Notes under the pieces: generated by a model
Told to the model about the DNA's origin: nothing
The model's input: only the letters and a program-made list of their open reading frames with translations
Database searches by the model: none
DNA from: an uncultured Acidobacteriota bacterium
GTDB taxonomy: Bacteria > Acidobacteriota > Terriglobia > Terriglobales > Acidobacteriaceae
Assembly (NCBI GenBank): GCA_963699885.1
Contig: CAVOVP010000014.1
Location: 45,856-109,855 of the forward strand
Direction: 5' to 3'
Length of the DNA: 64,000 bases
Made by a program: the position numbers and the translations under genes
Part shown: positions 1-10,995 of the stretch, piece after piece
Layout of the letters: every line of letters starts with the position of its first letter
Position numbering within the stretch: position 1 is the stretch's first letter

Positions 1-22
1 TTGTTTTCATAAGTGTGCCTGC

Positions 23-1159
23 CTAGAAACTGAATCCAATTCTTGCCGCCAGCATGTCGCTGTCCGGCTTCAACCCATTCGGATTGACGCTGGCGTAATA
101 GCCAAGGCCGGTGCCGTGCAGAAAGTGTTCTTCCACTTTTCCGTAAAAGTTGGAGTTGAAGTTGTAACGTCCGGACACCACCCAATCCTTCGAATAGTTT
201 TCCGGTAGTGTCGTGTCGGCGCTCGGATTTACATAGTGGCTATAGTAGGTGCCGACTTGGAACTTCTTGGTGAGTTCGTAGCGCACCATGGGATACCACG
301 AGCGCTGGTCGATCGGCATCGGAATCGCCTGCGCCCCAGCCGTCAAGGTGAGGTGCAGTGGCGTCCTCCAGTACTCCGCCGAGAGATGGAGTTTCCCTTT
401 ATCCCACTGCGCGTAGTAGGCCTGCGTGACCGAGGGAGCCAGGTGCATCGATCCCGCGGGACCGGTTGCGTCGAGGGTATCCCCTATCGCGCTGGTCCCA
501 ACAGTCAATCCCTGCCAGGGAGTTAGCCAGCGAAGATCTCCACCGTAAACGCTTCCGCTGGGGGGAGATGGAAATGTGAGGCCGATCTCGGCGAGCCGCT
601 GCACGTAGCCGCCGTTCGCATCGAGAGCGCTGGCCCCGACATGCCCGCGATATTGCATGCGCCCGAAGCGCTCGCCCAGATTCGATCCGCCATAAAATTC
701 CCCACCCATTTCAGACAGGTCGTAATCGCGGTTGTCGTTCGGATACATGCCCTGCGGCAACATCACCCAGAGGAACAGCGCGTCGACGTCCTGCGAATCG
801 TTGAATAGACCCAAGGGAGTCTTGATCTTCCCGACCCTGAATCCTACGAAATCGTTGACTTTGTAGTCTCCGGAGGCCCAGTCGACGGCAATGTTCGGGC
901 CGCCGAATTGCCCCATCTGATACATATGCAATTGCACTCCGATGCGCAGTTTTTCAGTCACAGCATCGCTGACGCTGACCGCGCCTTCAGTCCACTGCAG
1001 GCTGCCCGAGTTCGACTTCATCGTCAGAAAATTATTGTTGGAGCTATACAGAAACCCCTGCGTCGCGAATCCGTGGATCTGTAGATTCTCGAGATCCTGG
1101 CCTGCAAGCGAGGCGCCGTACACGCAGAATAGGACCAGCACAGCCGTGCGTCGAAGCAT
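23..1159 (-). CDS. outer-membrane beta-barrel (porin-like) protein
   Basis: 378-aa ORF. It has an N-terminal signal peptide (MLRRTAVLVLFCVYGASLAGQ), an aromatic/Gly-rich alternating pattern and a C-terminal ...ARIGFSF ending in Phe, as in OM beta-barrels. No specific family recognised. Confidence 0.55.
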   Translation of the reverse strand: MLRRTAVLVLFCVYGASLAGQDLENLQIHGFATQGFLYSSNNNFLTMKSNSGSLQWTEGAVSVSDAVTEKLRIGVQLHMYQMGQFGGPNIAVDWASGDYKVNDFVGFRVGKIKTPLGLFNDSQDVDALFLWVMLPQGMYPNDNRDYDLSEMGGEFYGGSNLGERFGRMQYRGHVGASALDANGGYVQRLAEIGLTFPSPPSGSVYGGDLRWLTPWQGLTVGTSAIGDTLDATGPAGSMHLAPSVTQAYYAQWDKGKLHLSAEYWRTPLHLTLTAGAQAIPMPIDQRSWYPMVRYELTKKFQVGTYYSHYVNPSADTTLPENYSKDWVVSGRYNFNSNFYGKVEEHFLHGTGLGYYASVNPNGLKPDSDMLAARIGFSF

Positions 1160-1523
1160 AAATCTCTCCTGACGCCTCTATCGGATCGGCCTAGCGCGAA
1201 CTTCAATGAGGAGCAGCTAAACAGTCGACCTTCCGTGACGTATCACCGGTGCTTTAATCTTGCGGCGTTAGTCGGTTGGGAGCTTTTCGAAGCATTTCCC
1301 GAACGGGAACGAGCTCTGCGTACCGATTTATCCGGAGACCAGCCCATCCCGGCAAAAATTGTCGAGAAGGATTCGGTTTCGCCGAACTCGATTGTTTTCC
1401 TCGACCCCGCGTCCTACAATTCTCGGCTCGCAGTGGTATTGAACTTATATGGCCGCTTCTGACCGAGTTTCGTCGTCCGGGATCGCCACATCGGCCGCGG
1501 GTGGACCGAGAAAGCCGGCCGGC

Positions 1524-2807
1524 ATGGATTTCCGCTCGTATCAGGATCTCAAGAGCCGGATCCATTACTTCCTCCTCACCAAACTCGACCTCGAGCGGAT
1601 CACCGCTGTTCCCGATGACCGCAATCGAGCGCAGGTTTTCGCCGTGATTCAGGAAGTGGTCGCGCACCTCAAGGCACCGCTGACCACTGCTGAGAAAGAC
1701 ACGCTCTCTCGCGAAATTCTGCAGGAAGTTTTCGGCCTTGGGCCGCTCGAACCATTGCTGCAGGATCCGGCAGTCAGCGACATCCTGGTCAACGGTGCGA
1801 GAGAGGTCTACGTCGAGCGCGCCGGCATGCTCGAAGAAACCAAGGTCGTCTTCAAAGATGATGCGCACCTCATGAGCATCATTCAGAAAATTGTTTCCGC
1901 GATCGGGCGCCGCATCGATGAATCATCGCCCATGGTCGACGCCCGTCTCGCTGACGGATCCCGCGTCAATGTGATCATTCCGCCGCTCGCCCTGGACGGT
2001 CCTCACCTTTCAATTCGCCGGTTCGGCCATATTCCTGTGACCGACGCGGACCTGCTTACCAATCAGACGCTCACCGATCCCATGCTGGGCCTGCTTAAAG
2101 CGGCGGTGGCGGCTCGCCTCAACATCGTGATTTCCGGTGGTACGGGTGCAGGCAAGACCACACTGCTGAACGTGCTCTCGGGCTACATCTCGGCGAAGGA
2201 ACGCATCGTCACGATTGAAGATTCCGCTGAATTGCAACTCAAGCAGCGGCATGTTGTCCGTCTCGAATGCCGTCCTCCCGATCCGGACGGTAAGGGAGCC
2301 GTGCAAGCGCGGCAGCTTGTAGTCAACAGCCTGCGCATGCGCCCAAACCGCATCGTGGTCGGCGAGGTGCGCGGCGAAGAGGCGCTCGACATGCTGCAGG
2401 CGATGAACACCGGGCACGACGGATCGATGACCACCATCCACGCCAATAGTCCGCGCGACGCGCTGGCCCGCATGGAAACGATGGCGATGATGGCCAATCT
2501 GAACTTGCCGGAGAAAGCGATTCGAAAACAGATCGCTTCCGCGATCAGCTTGATCCTGCAAGTAGCGCGCTTCACCGATGGTACTCGCCGCATTACGCAC
2601 ATCACCGAACTCACCGGCATGGAGGCGGACATCGTCAGCCTGCAGGATATTTTCGTTTTCGAGCGGCAGGGAGTTTCCGCCGATGGAGTTACCCTAGGCG
2701 CCTTTGCATCGTCAGGGATCAGGCCGAAATTCTCGGAGCGGTTGAAGGCTGCTGGCTTCGATTTGCCAGCAAGCATGTTCGAGCAGACCGGCAGGACCTG
2801 GAAGTAG
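1524..2807 (+). CDS. cpaF: CpaF/TadA-family secretion ATPase (orphan copy, no other tad genes adjacent)
   Basis: Walker [10 protein letters not shown], then [41 protein letters not shown]. Collinear with the second CpaF at 30617-31912. The ORF opens at 1449, but the ATG at 1524 ([10 protein letters not shown]...) aligns with the N-terminus of the paralog. Confidence 0.85.
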   Translation: MDFRSYQDLKSRIHYFLLTKLDLERITAVPDDRNRAQVFAVIQEVVAHLKAPLTTAEKDTLSREILQEVFGLGPLEPLLQDPAVSDILVNGAREVYVERAGMLEETKVVFKDDAHLMSIIQKIVSAIGRRIDESSPMVDARLADGSRVNVIIPPLALDGPHLSIRRFGHIPVTDADLLTNQTLTDPMLGLLKAAVAARLNIVISGGTGAGKTTLLNVLSGYISAKERIVTIEDSAELQLKQRHVVRLECRPPDPDGKGAVQARQLVVNSLRMRPNRIVVGEVRGEEALDMLQAMNTGHDGSMTTIHANSPRDALARMETMAMMANLNLPEKAIRKQIASAISLILQVARFTDGTRRITHITELTGMEADIVSLQDIFVFERQGVSADGVTLGAFASSGIRPKFSERLKAAGFDLPASMFEQTGRTWK

Positions 2808-2891
2808 ATTTCTGCTGCACAGACGCCTGGGTGCCCGATCCAAGCTCAGCTGGGGGCGGGGCTTTTGATTGTTGTCCGTCGCGCGACCAAC

Positions 2892-3879
2892 CTATTGAGC
2901 AAAACTCTTCGCCGAAAGCTCCCGGTCGGCGCGACGCAGCTCATGAGCTCGTTCTTGCGCTGCCTCGATTTGTTTCGGCGTCAATACTCTCTCGAGCGAA
3001 TGAAGTAGTTCTTTGCCGCGCGGATCGCCTGCCGATGTCGCGGCGCTGATCCACGAATACGCCGCCTCCGAATCTTTTCTCGCGCCGCGGCCATTGGCGT
3101 ACAGGAATCCGAGCTTGATTTCTGCACCCGTGTGTCCCTGCGCCGCGGCCTTCTGGAACCAGGCAAACGCCGCGCTATCATCCTGTGGCACGCCCTCGCC
3201 TCGCAGGTACAAGTCCGCAAGATTGTTCTCACCAAGCGCATTTCCTGCGTCGGCTGCGCGACGATACCACTGCGCCGCCGTTACCAAGTCGCGCGTACAT
3301 CCCAGGCCTTGGTCATACATGTATCCCAGATTGCTTTGTGCGTTGCTATCGCCGGAGTTGGCTCCCTTCTCGAACCAGCGAAACGCTTCCGCGTTGTCTT
3401 GCCGCACGCCGCTTCCTTCGAGGTAGAGAATCCCCAGGTTGTAATACGCGCGAGCGAAATGCTGATCGGCGGCCGTACGCAACCAATGCTGGGCCGCCCC
3501 GTAGGTTGACGGGAGTGCCCCATCCGTTGATGTACATCACGGCGAGATTCACTTCCGCCGGTGCGTATCCCCGTTGCGCCGCTTGTTCGAACCATCGCAA
3601 CGCTTCCTGCGCGCTGTAGTCTGGACCGATGGCCAGGATCGATGCAATCCCCAACTGGTTTTGTTCGAATCCATGCCCGTTCTTCGCCATCTTCTGAACG
3701 AGTTTCCCGTCGCAGACCTGCCCATCGGTCCCAACAACCCGCGAGACGACAGCCATACTGCATTGATCTTTACCGACGGCCTTGTCCGGGCCCGGGACGG
3801 AGTTTTGAGCTTCAGCACCCAATACAAACATCCCGGCGAAGATTGCGATCAATCCCGCGAAACGGTTTCTGCTTTTCAA
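2892..3879 (-). pseudogene. secreted Sel1-repeat (TPR-like) protein, frame interrupted once
   Basis: ORF 3346-3879 has a signal peptide (MKSRNRFAGLIAIFAGMFVLGAEAQ) and Sel1 repeats up to ...YINGWGTPVN. The repeat continues seamlessly in the +1 frame (YGAAQHWLRTAADQHFARAYYNLGILYLEGSGV..., ORF 2892-3482). The junction is near 3497-3510 at a cc run. Confidence 0.7.
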
Positions 3880-4110
3880 GTTGGCCTCCCCGCTCGGGGA
3901 TTTGGAAGTCCTCGAACTTGGCCCAACTTGCCGCCCGAACCGGACTACCGCAATGCAATGTCACTCATTCGTCGATACATCCCGCCTCATTTGGCAAGAA
4001 ATGCCGACCTCATCCACTAATCTTCTGATGACAAAGAACTTCCTATTCCGTCGAATGGAACAAGAGGCAGTGTCTAAACGTATGAATGAAGCAGGAACGC
4101 GGAGCCGTCC

Positions 4111-6402
4111 ATGGGTAGCGGATTCGAAATGACCAATTCTTTCGAGCATCATTCGGAACGTGCGCGCTTCGGTCCCTTCGAAGTGGACCTGCAGACTCAC
4201 GAGCTGTGGAAGTTCGGAACTCGACTAAAGTTGGTCGGGCAGCCTTTCGAAATTCTCGCCATGCTCCTGAGCCGTCCGGGCAAGCTCGTGACCCGCGACG
4301 AGTTGCGGAACCGGTTGTGGCCGTCTGACACCTTCGTCGACTTCAATCACGGCCTGAACGCTGCCGTAAACAAGTTACGCGAGTCGCTGAGCGACTCGGC
4401 GGACGATCCTCGCTACATCGAGACGCTGCCACGGCGCGGCTATCGCTTCCGCGCAGATGTGGAATGGCTGCACAACGGATCCCCGATCGTTCCGGCGGTT
4501 CTTCCCAAGGCGGTTGCTGTCATCGCCAGCCAGGCCGGTGCGGGTTCTGAAACAAGCGAGCAACCCGCTCTGGCTCCGGTTGACCCTGAAATTGTTCGCG
4601 ATTCGATCCACCCTCGGATTTTGCTAGTTGCGGGCTTGATCGGTGCAATCCTGGTGGTTGGTGTGGTCCTGCCACAAATTTTTAAAGGACACGACGCGAA
4701 GCCCGTCGCGCACGTGATGGTTGAGCGTACGGCTCCGCTGATTCCGGTTTCCAACACTTCGGGCCCTGCGTTCTCGCCGGATGGGAATTACGTGACTTTT
4801 TTCCGCGAACACTCGTCGATGGCTGACTCAGGAATTTATGTCACGACGGTTGGCAGCGATCAGCTCTTGCAATTGACCAACAACGATGACGACTGCTGCC
4901 CGGTGTGGTCGCCCGATGGACACTGGATTGCCTTTACGCGCCAGCACAATCAAGAACACTCCATCTATCTTGTCGCCTCCGATGGCGGCAGGGAAGAGAA
5001 GCATCGCGCGGAGCGCGCTCAGCCCATTGTCCCGGTGGCGTTCAAGACATCCTCTACATCGACGACCGAGCGCAAAATCGACACAGGCGGCGTCCCCGTG
5101 AGCCGAGGAGAAATCGGCTGGTCTCCGGACGGGAAGGTGATTGCCTTTTCCGGACCCTCCGGGCTTTACCTGCTGTCTCTCGACAACTCTGCCGTTCGCC
5201 GCGTCACAGTACCGCCGCCTGCCGCCGAGGATTGGGGGCCTACATTTTCTCCTGATGGCGATAGCGTCCTGTTCGTGCGCAATGCGGAGCTTGGCGTCCC
5301 GGACGAAATCTGGCTCGTCCCAACGAGTGGTGGAGCAGCCCGCCGCGTGCTCACGGAACGCGGCAAGATTTCGAGCCCACCGCAATGGTCAATCGATGGA
5401 CGGTCGGTTATTTTTTCTTCGAACCGAACCGGGCACCCAGCACTGTGGCGCACCTCGCTCGATGCTCCCGACGCCGCGATTCAGATCAGTGAAGCTGGCT
5501 CTCCCGCGTGGGATCCCGCCATCTCGCGCCGCGGATACCGCCTCGCCTATGAGCACCTGACCCGCAGCCTCGGCATCTGGCAGATGAACCTGGCCGATGC
5601 TCGCGAGAGACGTCCGTATGTCCTCATCTCTTCCACCACCGATACTGACCAGGGACCCGCCCCGCAATTTTCTCCCGACGGCAAGAAGCTCGCTTACATG
5701 TCGGACCGCACGGGAACGATGGAAATCTGGATCAGCAATCGTGACGGCAGCGACGCGTTTCAATTGAGCGCGGTCGGAGGCGCCGGAACACCGCGCTGGT
5801 CGCCGAACAGCCAGTTCGTCGCGTTCGATGCCATAACACAAACTGGGAGCAAAATCGTTGCAATGAACGTGAACGGCGGCGCGCCGCAGATCCTCACCCC
5901 CGACACATTTCACAGCGTCTGTCCCAGCTGGTCGCGCGACGGCAAGTGGGTTTACTTTGGCTCCATGCGATCCGGCGCGTGGCAGGTGTGGAAAGTGCCC
6001 GCTGCCGGAGGGACACCCACGCAGGTCACGCAACATGGGGGGCACGCTGCGCTCGAATCCCTGGACGGAAAAAGTCTCTACTATGCGAAAAGCCCGAATC
6101 CTGAACCAGAAATCTGGCGCGTCCCGATTGCGGGCGGAGAAGAAGTTTCCCTCCCACTGGTGCGACCCGGTACGTGGGCCAGTTGGCAAGTGGTCGACGG
6201 AGGAATTCTTTTCGTGGGGCCGTCCTTGGGACACCAGGCTGTATTGAGCCAGTTCGGGTTTGCCAACGGCCAGACTACCGCTCTGACGGTGCTCGACCGT
6301 ATCCCATTCTGGCTCGGCGCCAGTCCCGACGGCCGAACCGTCGCCTTCGACCAACCGGGCCGGGAGCAGGATCAGGCAATGCTGGTGGAGAATTACCAAT
6401 GA
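4111..6402 (+). CDS. CadC/OmpR-type winged-helix regulator fused to a TM segment and a TolB-like (PD40/WD40-like) beta-propeller
   Basis: N-terminal FGPFEVDLQTHELWKFGTRLKLVGQPFEILAMLL...IETLPRRGYRF (trans_reg_C-like). One TM (ILLVAGLIGAILVVGVVL). Then repeated FSPDG/WSPDG propeller motifs. Confidence 0.8.
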   Translation: MGSGFEMTNSFEHHSERARFGPFEVDLQTHELWKFGTRLKLVGQPFEILAMLLSRPGKLVTRDELRNRLWPSDTFVDFNHGLNAAVNKLRESLSDSADDPRYIETLPRRGYRFRADVEWLHNGSPIVPAVLPKAVAVIASQAGAGSETSEQPALAPVDPEIVRDSIHPRILLVAGLIGAILVVGVVLPQIFKGHDAKPVAHVMVERTAPLIPVSNTSGPAFSPDGNYVTFFREHSSMADSGIYVTTVGSDQLLQLTNNDDDCCPVWSPDGHWIAFTRQHNQEHSIYLVASDGGREEKHRAERAQPIVPVAFKTSSTSTTERKIDTGGVPVSRGEIGWSPDGKVIAFSGPSGLYLLSLDNSAVRRVTVPPPAAEDWGPTFSPDGDSVLFVRNAELGVPDEIWLVPTSGGAARRVLTERGKISSPPQWSIDGRSVIFSSNRTGHPALWRTSLDAPDAAIQISEAGSPAWDPAISRRGYRLAYEHLTRSLGIWQMNLADARERRPYVLISSTTDTDQGPAPQFSPDGKKLAYMSDRTGTMEIWISNRDGSDAFQLSAVGGAGTPRWSPNSQFVAFDAITQTGSKIVAMNVNGGAPQILTPDTFHSVCPSWSRDGKWVYFGSMRSGAWQVWKVPAAGGTPTQVTQHGGHAALESLDGKSLYYAKSPNPEPEIWRVPIAGGEEVSLPLVRPGTWASWQVVDGGILFVGPSLGHQAVLSQFGFANGQTTALTVLDRIPFWLGASPDGRTVAFDQPGREQDQAMLVENYQ

Positions 6403-6429
6403 AGCTCAGCGACCGGAAGCGTCTCTGCC

Positions 6430-9100
6430 TTACTCGTATCGCAGGGCGGCCATAGGGTCCGTGCGTGTCGCGCGGCGCGCTGGGATGTAACAGGCCACCA
6501 TTGCGACGAATGCGAGCCCCATCGCCACTGCCAAGAACGTCTCCGGATCGGTCGACTTCACTCCGAACAGCAGTTTCGCCATGAGCCGTGATAAAAGCAG
6601 CGCCCCCGCGATGCCCGTCACCGAGCCGAGGAAGGCGAGCCACATCCCTTGTCGCACGACCAGAAACAGCACATCCCGCCGAGTTGCGCCGAGCGACATA
6701 CGCACGCCAATCTCATGCGTTCGACGCGACGCCGAATAGCTGATCACCCCATAGATTCCGACAGCGGAGAGAATCAGCGCGACCGCGGCAAAAATCGTGA
6801 GCAACAGCATTTCAAATCGCGGTTGCGCATTCGCCTCGGCAACGACTCCGTCCATTGTGACGACCTGAGAAATCGCCAGATTGCGGTCGAACGACCACGC
6901 AGCCTCTTTCATCGCCGGAGCCACGGCCGAGGGATTGCCCTGCGTGCGAGCCACCAGCGTGATGTAGGAAACATGCGAAGCCACATCCGATCCGGAATCA
7001 CCGAGGAAATCGTGATTCTGAAACGCCGCCAAATAGACTTCCGGGAACGGCTTCGCCGCCCAGTCGTCTTGTTTTGCGTCCTTGGCAATACCAACCACGG
7101 TCAGCCATGTCAGAGGATTCGCCTTGTCGTCATCAAACGAAATTCGTTTTCCTAGGGGATCTTGACCGGGCCAATATTCCTTCGCAACGCGCTCATTGAT
7201 GACGACCACACCCTCGGCCGTCACCGTGTCCGCGTCCGCAATATCGCGGCCGCGCACGAGGGGCAGACGCATCGCGTCAAAATAGCCAGGCGTCACCATG
7301 CGGTAAACGGCGCTGGGCGATTCACCGGGACGCGGCTTCGGGCGGCCTTCAATGACGAACGACCAGCCCCACAAATCTCCGATGAGAGGCAGATGATTGA
7401 TTCCGCCCGCAGCTTGCACTCCGGGAATCGATCGAACGCGCTCGATCAGCTGGCGATAAAAAATTGCGCGTCGGGCAGGGTCCGCCTCTTTCGATCCCGC
7501 GATCGACACGATCATCGAGATCACGTTGTGCGGATTGAATCCCGCGTCCACGGCTTGCAACGCGGCAAACGTGCGAATCATCAAGCCCGCCCCGATCAAG
7601 AGCATCAGTGCCAGGGCAAATTCCGAAATCACCAGCAGGCTTCGCAACCGGTTGCGGCTGATGCCTTCGCTGTTGCCGCGACCACCTTCCTTTAGCGTGT
7701 CATTCACGTTGATGGACGAAGCTTGCAGCGCGGGCGCAATCCCAAATCCAACGCTGGTCAGAATCGTCGCTGAAAATAGAAACAGAGCCGCGTGCAGATC
7801 GATAGTCACGGTTTGCACGCGCGGAATATTCGCGGGGCTCATCGCGATCAAAGCGCGTGTGGCCACAACTGCCAGCCCCAACCCGGCTACGCCTCCCAGG
7901 CCGCCGAGCATGAGACTTTCGGTGAGGAACTGGCGAATGATGCGTCCGCGCCGGGCGCCCAGCGCCGCCCGAACGGCAACCTCTTTCTGACGCGCGGCCG
8001 CCCGCGCCAAAAGCATGTGAGCTACATTCGCACATGTAATCAGTAGGACGAACGCAACCGCGCCGAGCAAGACCAGAAGCGGAGTTTCTATCTGTCCCAC
8101 GACTTTTTCTTTGAGCGGCGTCACTACCACGTTGCGATTGGTGCCCGGATACTGCTGTTCTAACCGTCCCGTGATGCCCGCAATTTCCGCGCGAGCTTCG
8201 GTCAGCGAAACGCCGTCCTTCAAGCGCGCAAAAATCCTCAAGCTGTTTCCGCCGCGACTGTGGATTCTCGCACCGAAGGCGTTCGGCACCCACAACTCCG
8301 CATGGGTCGCCCAGAAAGGAGCGAACTGAAATCCTTGTGGCATCACACCCACGATCACGTACGCATTTCCATCGAGCACAATCGGCTTCCCGAGCACGTT
8401 GCGGTCGCTGGAAAACCTCCGCTGCCAAAGTTGATAACTCAGGATGACTTCGCGATCCGCGCCCTCGTTGTCTTCGCCTTCCACGAACAAGCGCCCAAGC
8501 ATCGGATCAACGCCAAGCATGGGAAGCAAACTTTGTGTCACTTTCAAACCGGTGATGTGCTCGGGAGAATCGACCCCCGTCAGGTTGGGCGACCAGTAAT
8601 CCGCGGCACCGGTGGCTGCGAAGGAACGGCTTTGGTCACGCCAATCGATATAGTTCGCAACCGCGACCGGGCCCTCGCCATTCATCAGGATCTGTTACCA
8701 GCCGTCCCGGGTCGCGATATGCCAGCGGGCGCAGCAGCACTGCGTCCACCACGCTGAAGATTGCCGTATTTGCTCCGATGCCCAGCGCCAGGACGACGAT
8801 CGCGATCACCGCGAACGTTGGAGTTCGCAGCATGGTGCGTACGCCGTGCCGCACATCTTGAAGCAGCGTCTCCAGAAAACTCACGCCGACAGCGTCGCGG
8901 CATTCTTCTTTCGTCAGTGCCATCCCGCCAAACTCCAACCGCGCCTGCCGCAGCGCTTCTTGCTGCGGGACGCCCTGGCTCACCAGGTGCGCCGCGTGTG
9001 CCTCGATGTGAAAGCGCATCTCTTCATCCATCTCGCGTTCCATGCGAGTCCGCCGCAGCATGGCAACGGTCCAGGAGCGAAGTCGAGGCCACACACTCAT
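6430..9100 (-). pseudogene. MacB-like ABC permease with duplicated FtsX domains (ADOP-type), frame interrupted once
   Basis: The N-terminal 154-aa ORF (8636-9100: ...[56 protein letters not shown]) continues in the +1 frame as [21 protein letters not shown]... (ORF 6430-8685). The junction is near 8693-8698 (aa run). It sits directly downstream of PadR, as is usual for this family. Confidence 0.8.
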
Positions 9101-9438
9101 AATTCCTCCGGCGTTGTCTGCAGAATTCCGGCGATGACCGCGGTCATCTGTTTCCAGCGTTCCGCTTCCGATTGCAGCCTGCGTTTTCCCGCCGCTGTCA
9201 GGCGGTAATAGCGCGCGCGCCGCTTGTTCTCAGACTCTCCCCATGCGCTCGTGATCCAGCCGTGATGTTCAAGCCGGTACAACGCGGGATACAACGATCC
9301 CTGCTGGATTTCCAGACGCTCCTTCGAGATCTGCTGGATCCGAAGCAGAATTCCGTAGCCGTGCAACGGGCTCAGGGACACCGCTTTCAGAATCAGCATG
9401 TCGAGCGTGCCTTGCAAAAGATCGAGTTGCTTTTCCAT
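9097..9438 (-). CDS. PadR-family transcriptional regulator
   Basis: [30 protein letters not shown]...[42 protein letters not shown]. The ATG at 9438 is preferred over the GTG at 9444. The stop overlaps the start of the permease. Confidence 0.85.
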   Translation of the reverse strand: MEKQLDLLQGTLDMLILKAVSLSPLHGYGILLRIQQISKERLEIQQGSLYPALYRLEHHGWITSAWGESENKRRARYYRLTAAGKRRLQSEAERWKQMTAVIAGILQTTPEEL

Positions 9439-9448
9439 CCACACCTTC

Positions 9449-9463
9449 CCTAGACCGTCTAGG
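9449..9463. promoter_or_regulatory. perfect palindrome CCTAGAC-c-GTCTAGG just upstream of padR (candidate operator)
   Basis: Seen directly in the sequence. A second inverted repeat, CTCTCCT-n9-AGGAGAG, lies at 9475-9497 in the same divergent intergenic region. The functional assignment is speculative. Confidence 0.25.
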
Positions 9464-9639
9464 AATACCCCCTGCTCTCCTAGATTGTCAAGGAGAGAAC
9501 GAGAAACAAAACATCCGGAAAGTATGTCGCCGGGAAAGGGTTACCCTAGGATTCGCCATTCTCGAAGCGTCGGTATTCCGGCTGGCAGGGCCTCCGCACC
9601 CGAACCGTGAGACACTGCACGAACAGACAGGAGTTCTCT

Positions 9640-10575
9640 ATGACCCAGAACCAATCCATCGTTCTCCCGGACTCGCGCGAATGCTGGCCGGCATTTCGCC
9701 TGGCTGACTGGAAAGATACATACGCCACGCTGCACATGTGGACGCAGATCGTCGGCAAAATCCGTCTCGAACTGACGCCGCTTGTGAACCATTGGTGGAA
9801 CGTTCCGCTCTACGTGAGTTCGCGCGGACTGACCACCTCGATCATCCCTTACGGCGATCGCCACTTTGACATCGAGTTTGATTTTTTCGACAACAAGCTC
9901 GTCATCCGCTCGACCGATCCGAAAATTGCGACGGTCGAACTGGCTCCCCGCACGGTTGCCGATTTCTATCGCGAAGTGATGTCTGCCCTGCGGTCTCTTG
10001 ATATCGAAGTGCCCATCTGGAAGATGCCGGTGGAAGTCGCCGACGGCATCGCCTTCGACAAGGACACCGTTCACTCTGCCTACGATGGAGATTCCGTTCG
10101 CCGCCTGTGGCGGATTCTTCTATCCGTCGAAGATGTGTTCCAGAAGTTTCGTTCCCAGTTTGTCGGCAAATCGAGCCCTGTGCATTTCTTCTGGGGAAGC
10201 TTTGATCTTGCCATTACGCGATTTTCAGGACGGCGCGCTCCCGAGCGCAACGATCCTGACCCGGTGCTGCGAAAGATCATGCAGGAAGCGTATTCGCACG
10301 AGGTGATCAGCGCTGGCTGGTGGCCGGGCGGCGGCGCTGTCGAAGAGGCCGCCTTTTATTGCTATGCCGCGCCCACGCCCGCAGGGTTTGGAGAACAGAA
10401 GGTGCGTCCAGACAAGGCGTTTTACCACTCCGCGTTAGGCGAGTACGTTTTGATGTACGACGACGTGAGGCAGGCAAAATCTCCAAGCGCGGCCTTGATG
10501 GATTTTCTGCAGAGCACCTACGAAGCCGGTGCGACGACGGGGAAGTGGGACAGAAGGGAACTGGAGGCGCGCTAG
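9640..10575 (+). CDS. DUF5996-like conserved protein of unknown function
   Basis: ATG at 9640 preceded by CAGGAG. The motifs WKDTYATLHMWTQIVGKIRL and NHWWNVPLYVSSRGLTT match my memory of DUF5996. The family name is not verified. Confidence 0.6.
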   Translation: MTQNQSIVLPDSRECWPAFRLADWKDTYATLHMWTQIVGKIRLELTPLVNHWWNVPLYVSSRGLTTSIIPYGDRHFDIEFDFFDNKLVIRSTDPKIATVELAPRTVADFYREVMSALRSLDIEVPIWKMPVEVADGIAFDKDTVHSAYDGDSVRRLWRILLSVEDVFQKFRSQFVGKSSPVHFFWGSFDLAITRFSGRRAPERNDPDPVLRKIMQEAYSHEVISAGWWPGGGAVEEAAFYCYAAPTPAGFGEQKVRPDKAFYHSALGEYVLMYDDVRQAKSPSAALMDFLQSTYEAGATTGKWDRRELEAR

Positions 10576-10669
10576 GGCGACGAACGCCAGATTTGTGTTT
10601 CGAAGGTTCGACTGTTCCAAATTCTCGGATGGCAGCACCGCGAACCCAGGCAACAAAACGCGCGGGCTT

Positions 10670-10740
10670 CCGTGGAAGAGCGGCGCTTTAGCGCAGCGAT
10701 CAGGGCAGAGAAAGATCGGGCTTTAGCCCCGCTGGTCAGG
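10670..10740 (+). repeat. interspersed repeat, family R3 (core palindrome GCGGCGCT-nn-AGCGC(A/C)GC ... GGGCTTTAGCCCC)
   Basis: ccgtggaagagcggcgctttagcgcagcg...gggctttagcccc is repeated at 12265-12336 in the same orientation. Similarity extends about 60-80 bp further upstream in both copies. Confidence 0.75.
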
Positions 10741-10908
10741 CCGCGGAGCCCATGTGGCCCATTCCTTTTTTATAAGGACGGATGCAGCCTGACCGGAGCG
10801 AAGCCGAGAAGGCGATGGAGGCCAGTGCCAACCCCGAACCTCACGCTCTCAGCAGCATCGTTCCCGCCCTTGTAGAAACCGCACGGATTGAACACCCTCA
10901 GTCGTTGT

Positions 10909-10941
10909 GCTCCCACCAAAACCATGGGGTGGCCACCCGCC
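10909..10941 (+). repeat. interspersed repeat, family R4 (GCTCCCACCAAAACCATGGGGYGGCCACCCGCC)
   Basis: A near-identical copy lies at 12734-12768. A partial copy (ggcgggccacccgcccc) lies at 12528-12544. Confidence 0.7.
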
Positions 10942-10995
10942 AAGGGAGAAAGGTGAGCCACGCGTCCGAGCACAAAGCTGGGCCAGGCTCCTTGC

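Noticed and set aside
5389-6399. 336-aa minus-strand ORF, plus several shorter ones, opposite the CadC-TolB gene
   Set aside because: It is antisense to a gene with clear domain content. Its translation is Arg/Gly/Pro/Ala-rich with no motifs. This is a typical shadow ORF of GC-rich DNA.
10898-10995. C-terminal ~33 codons of the 329-aa AKR ORF as given in the track
   Set aside because: They arise from read-through after the +1 frame break and run across repeat R4. The corrected frame ends at 10996-10998 with a sequence typical of AKR C-termini.
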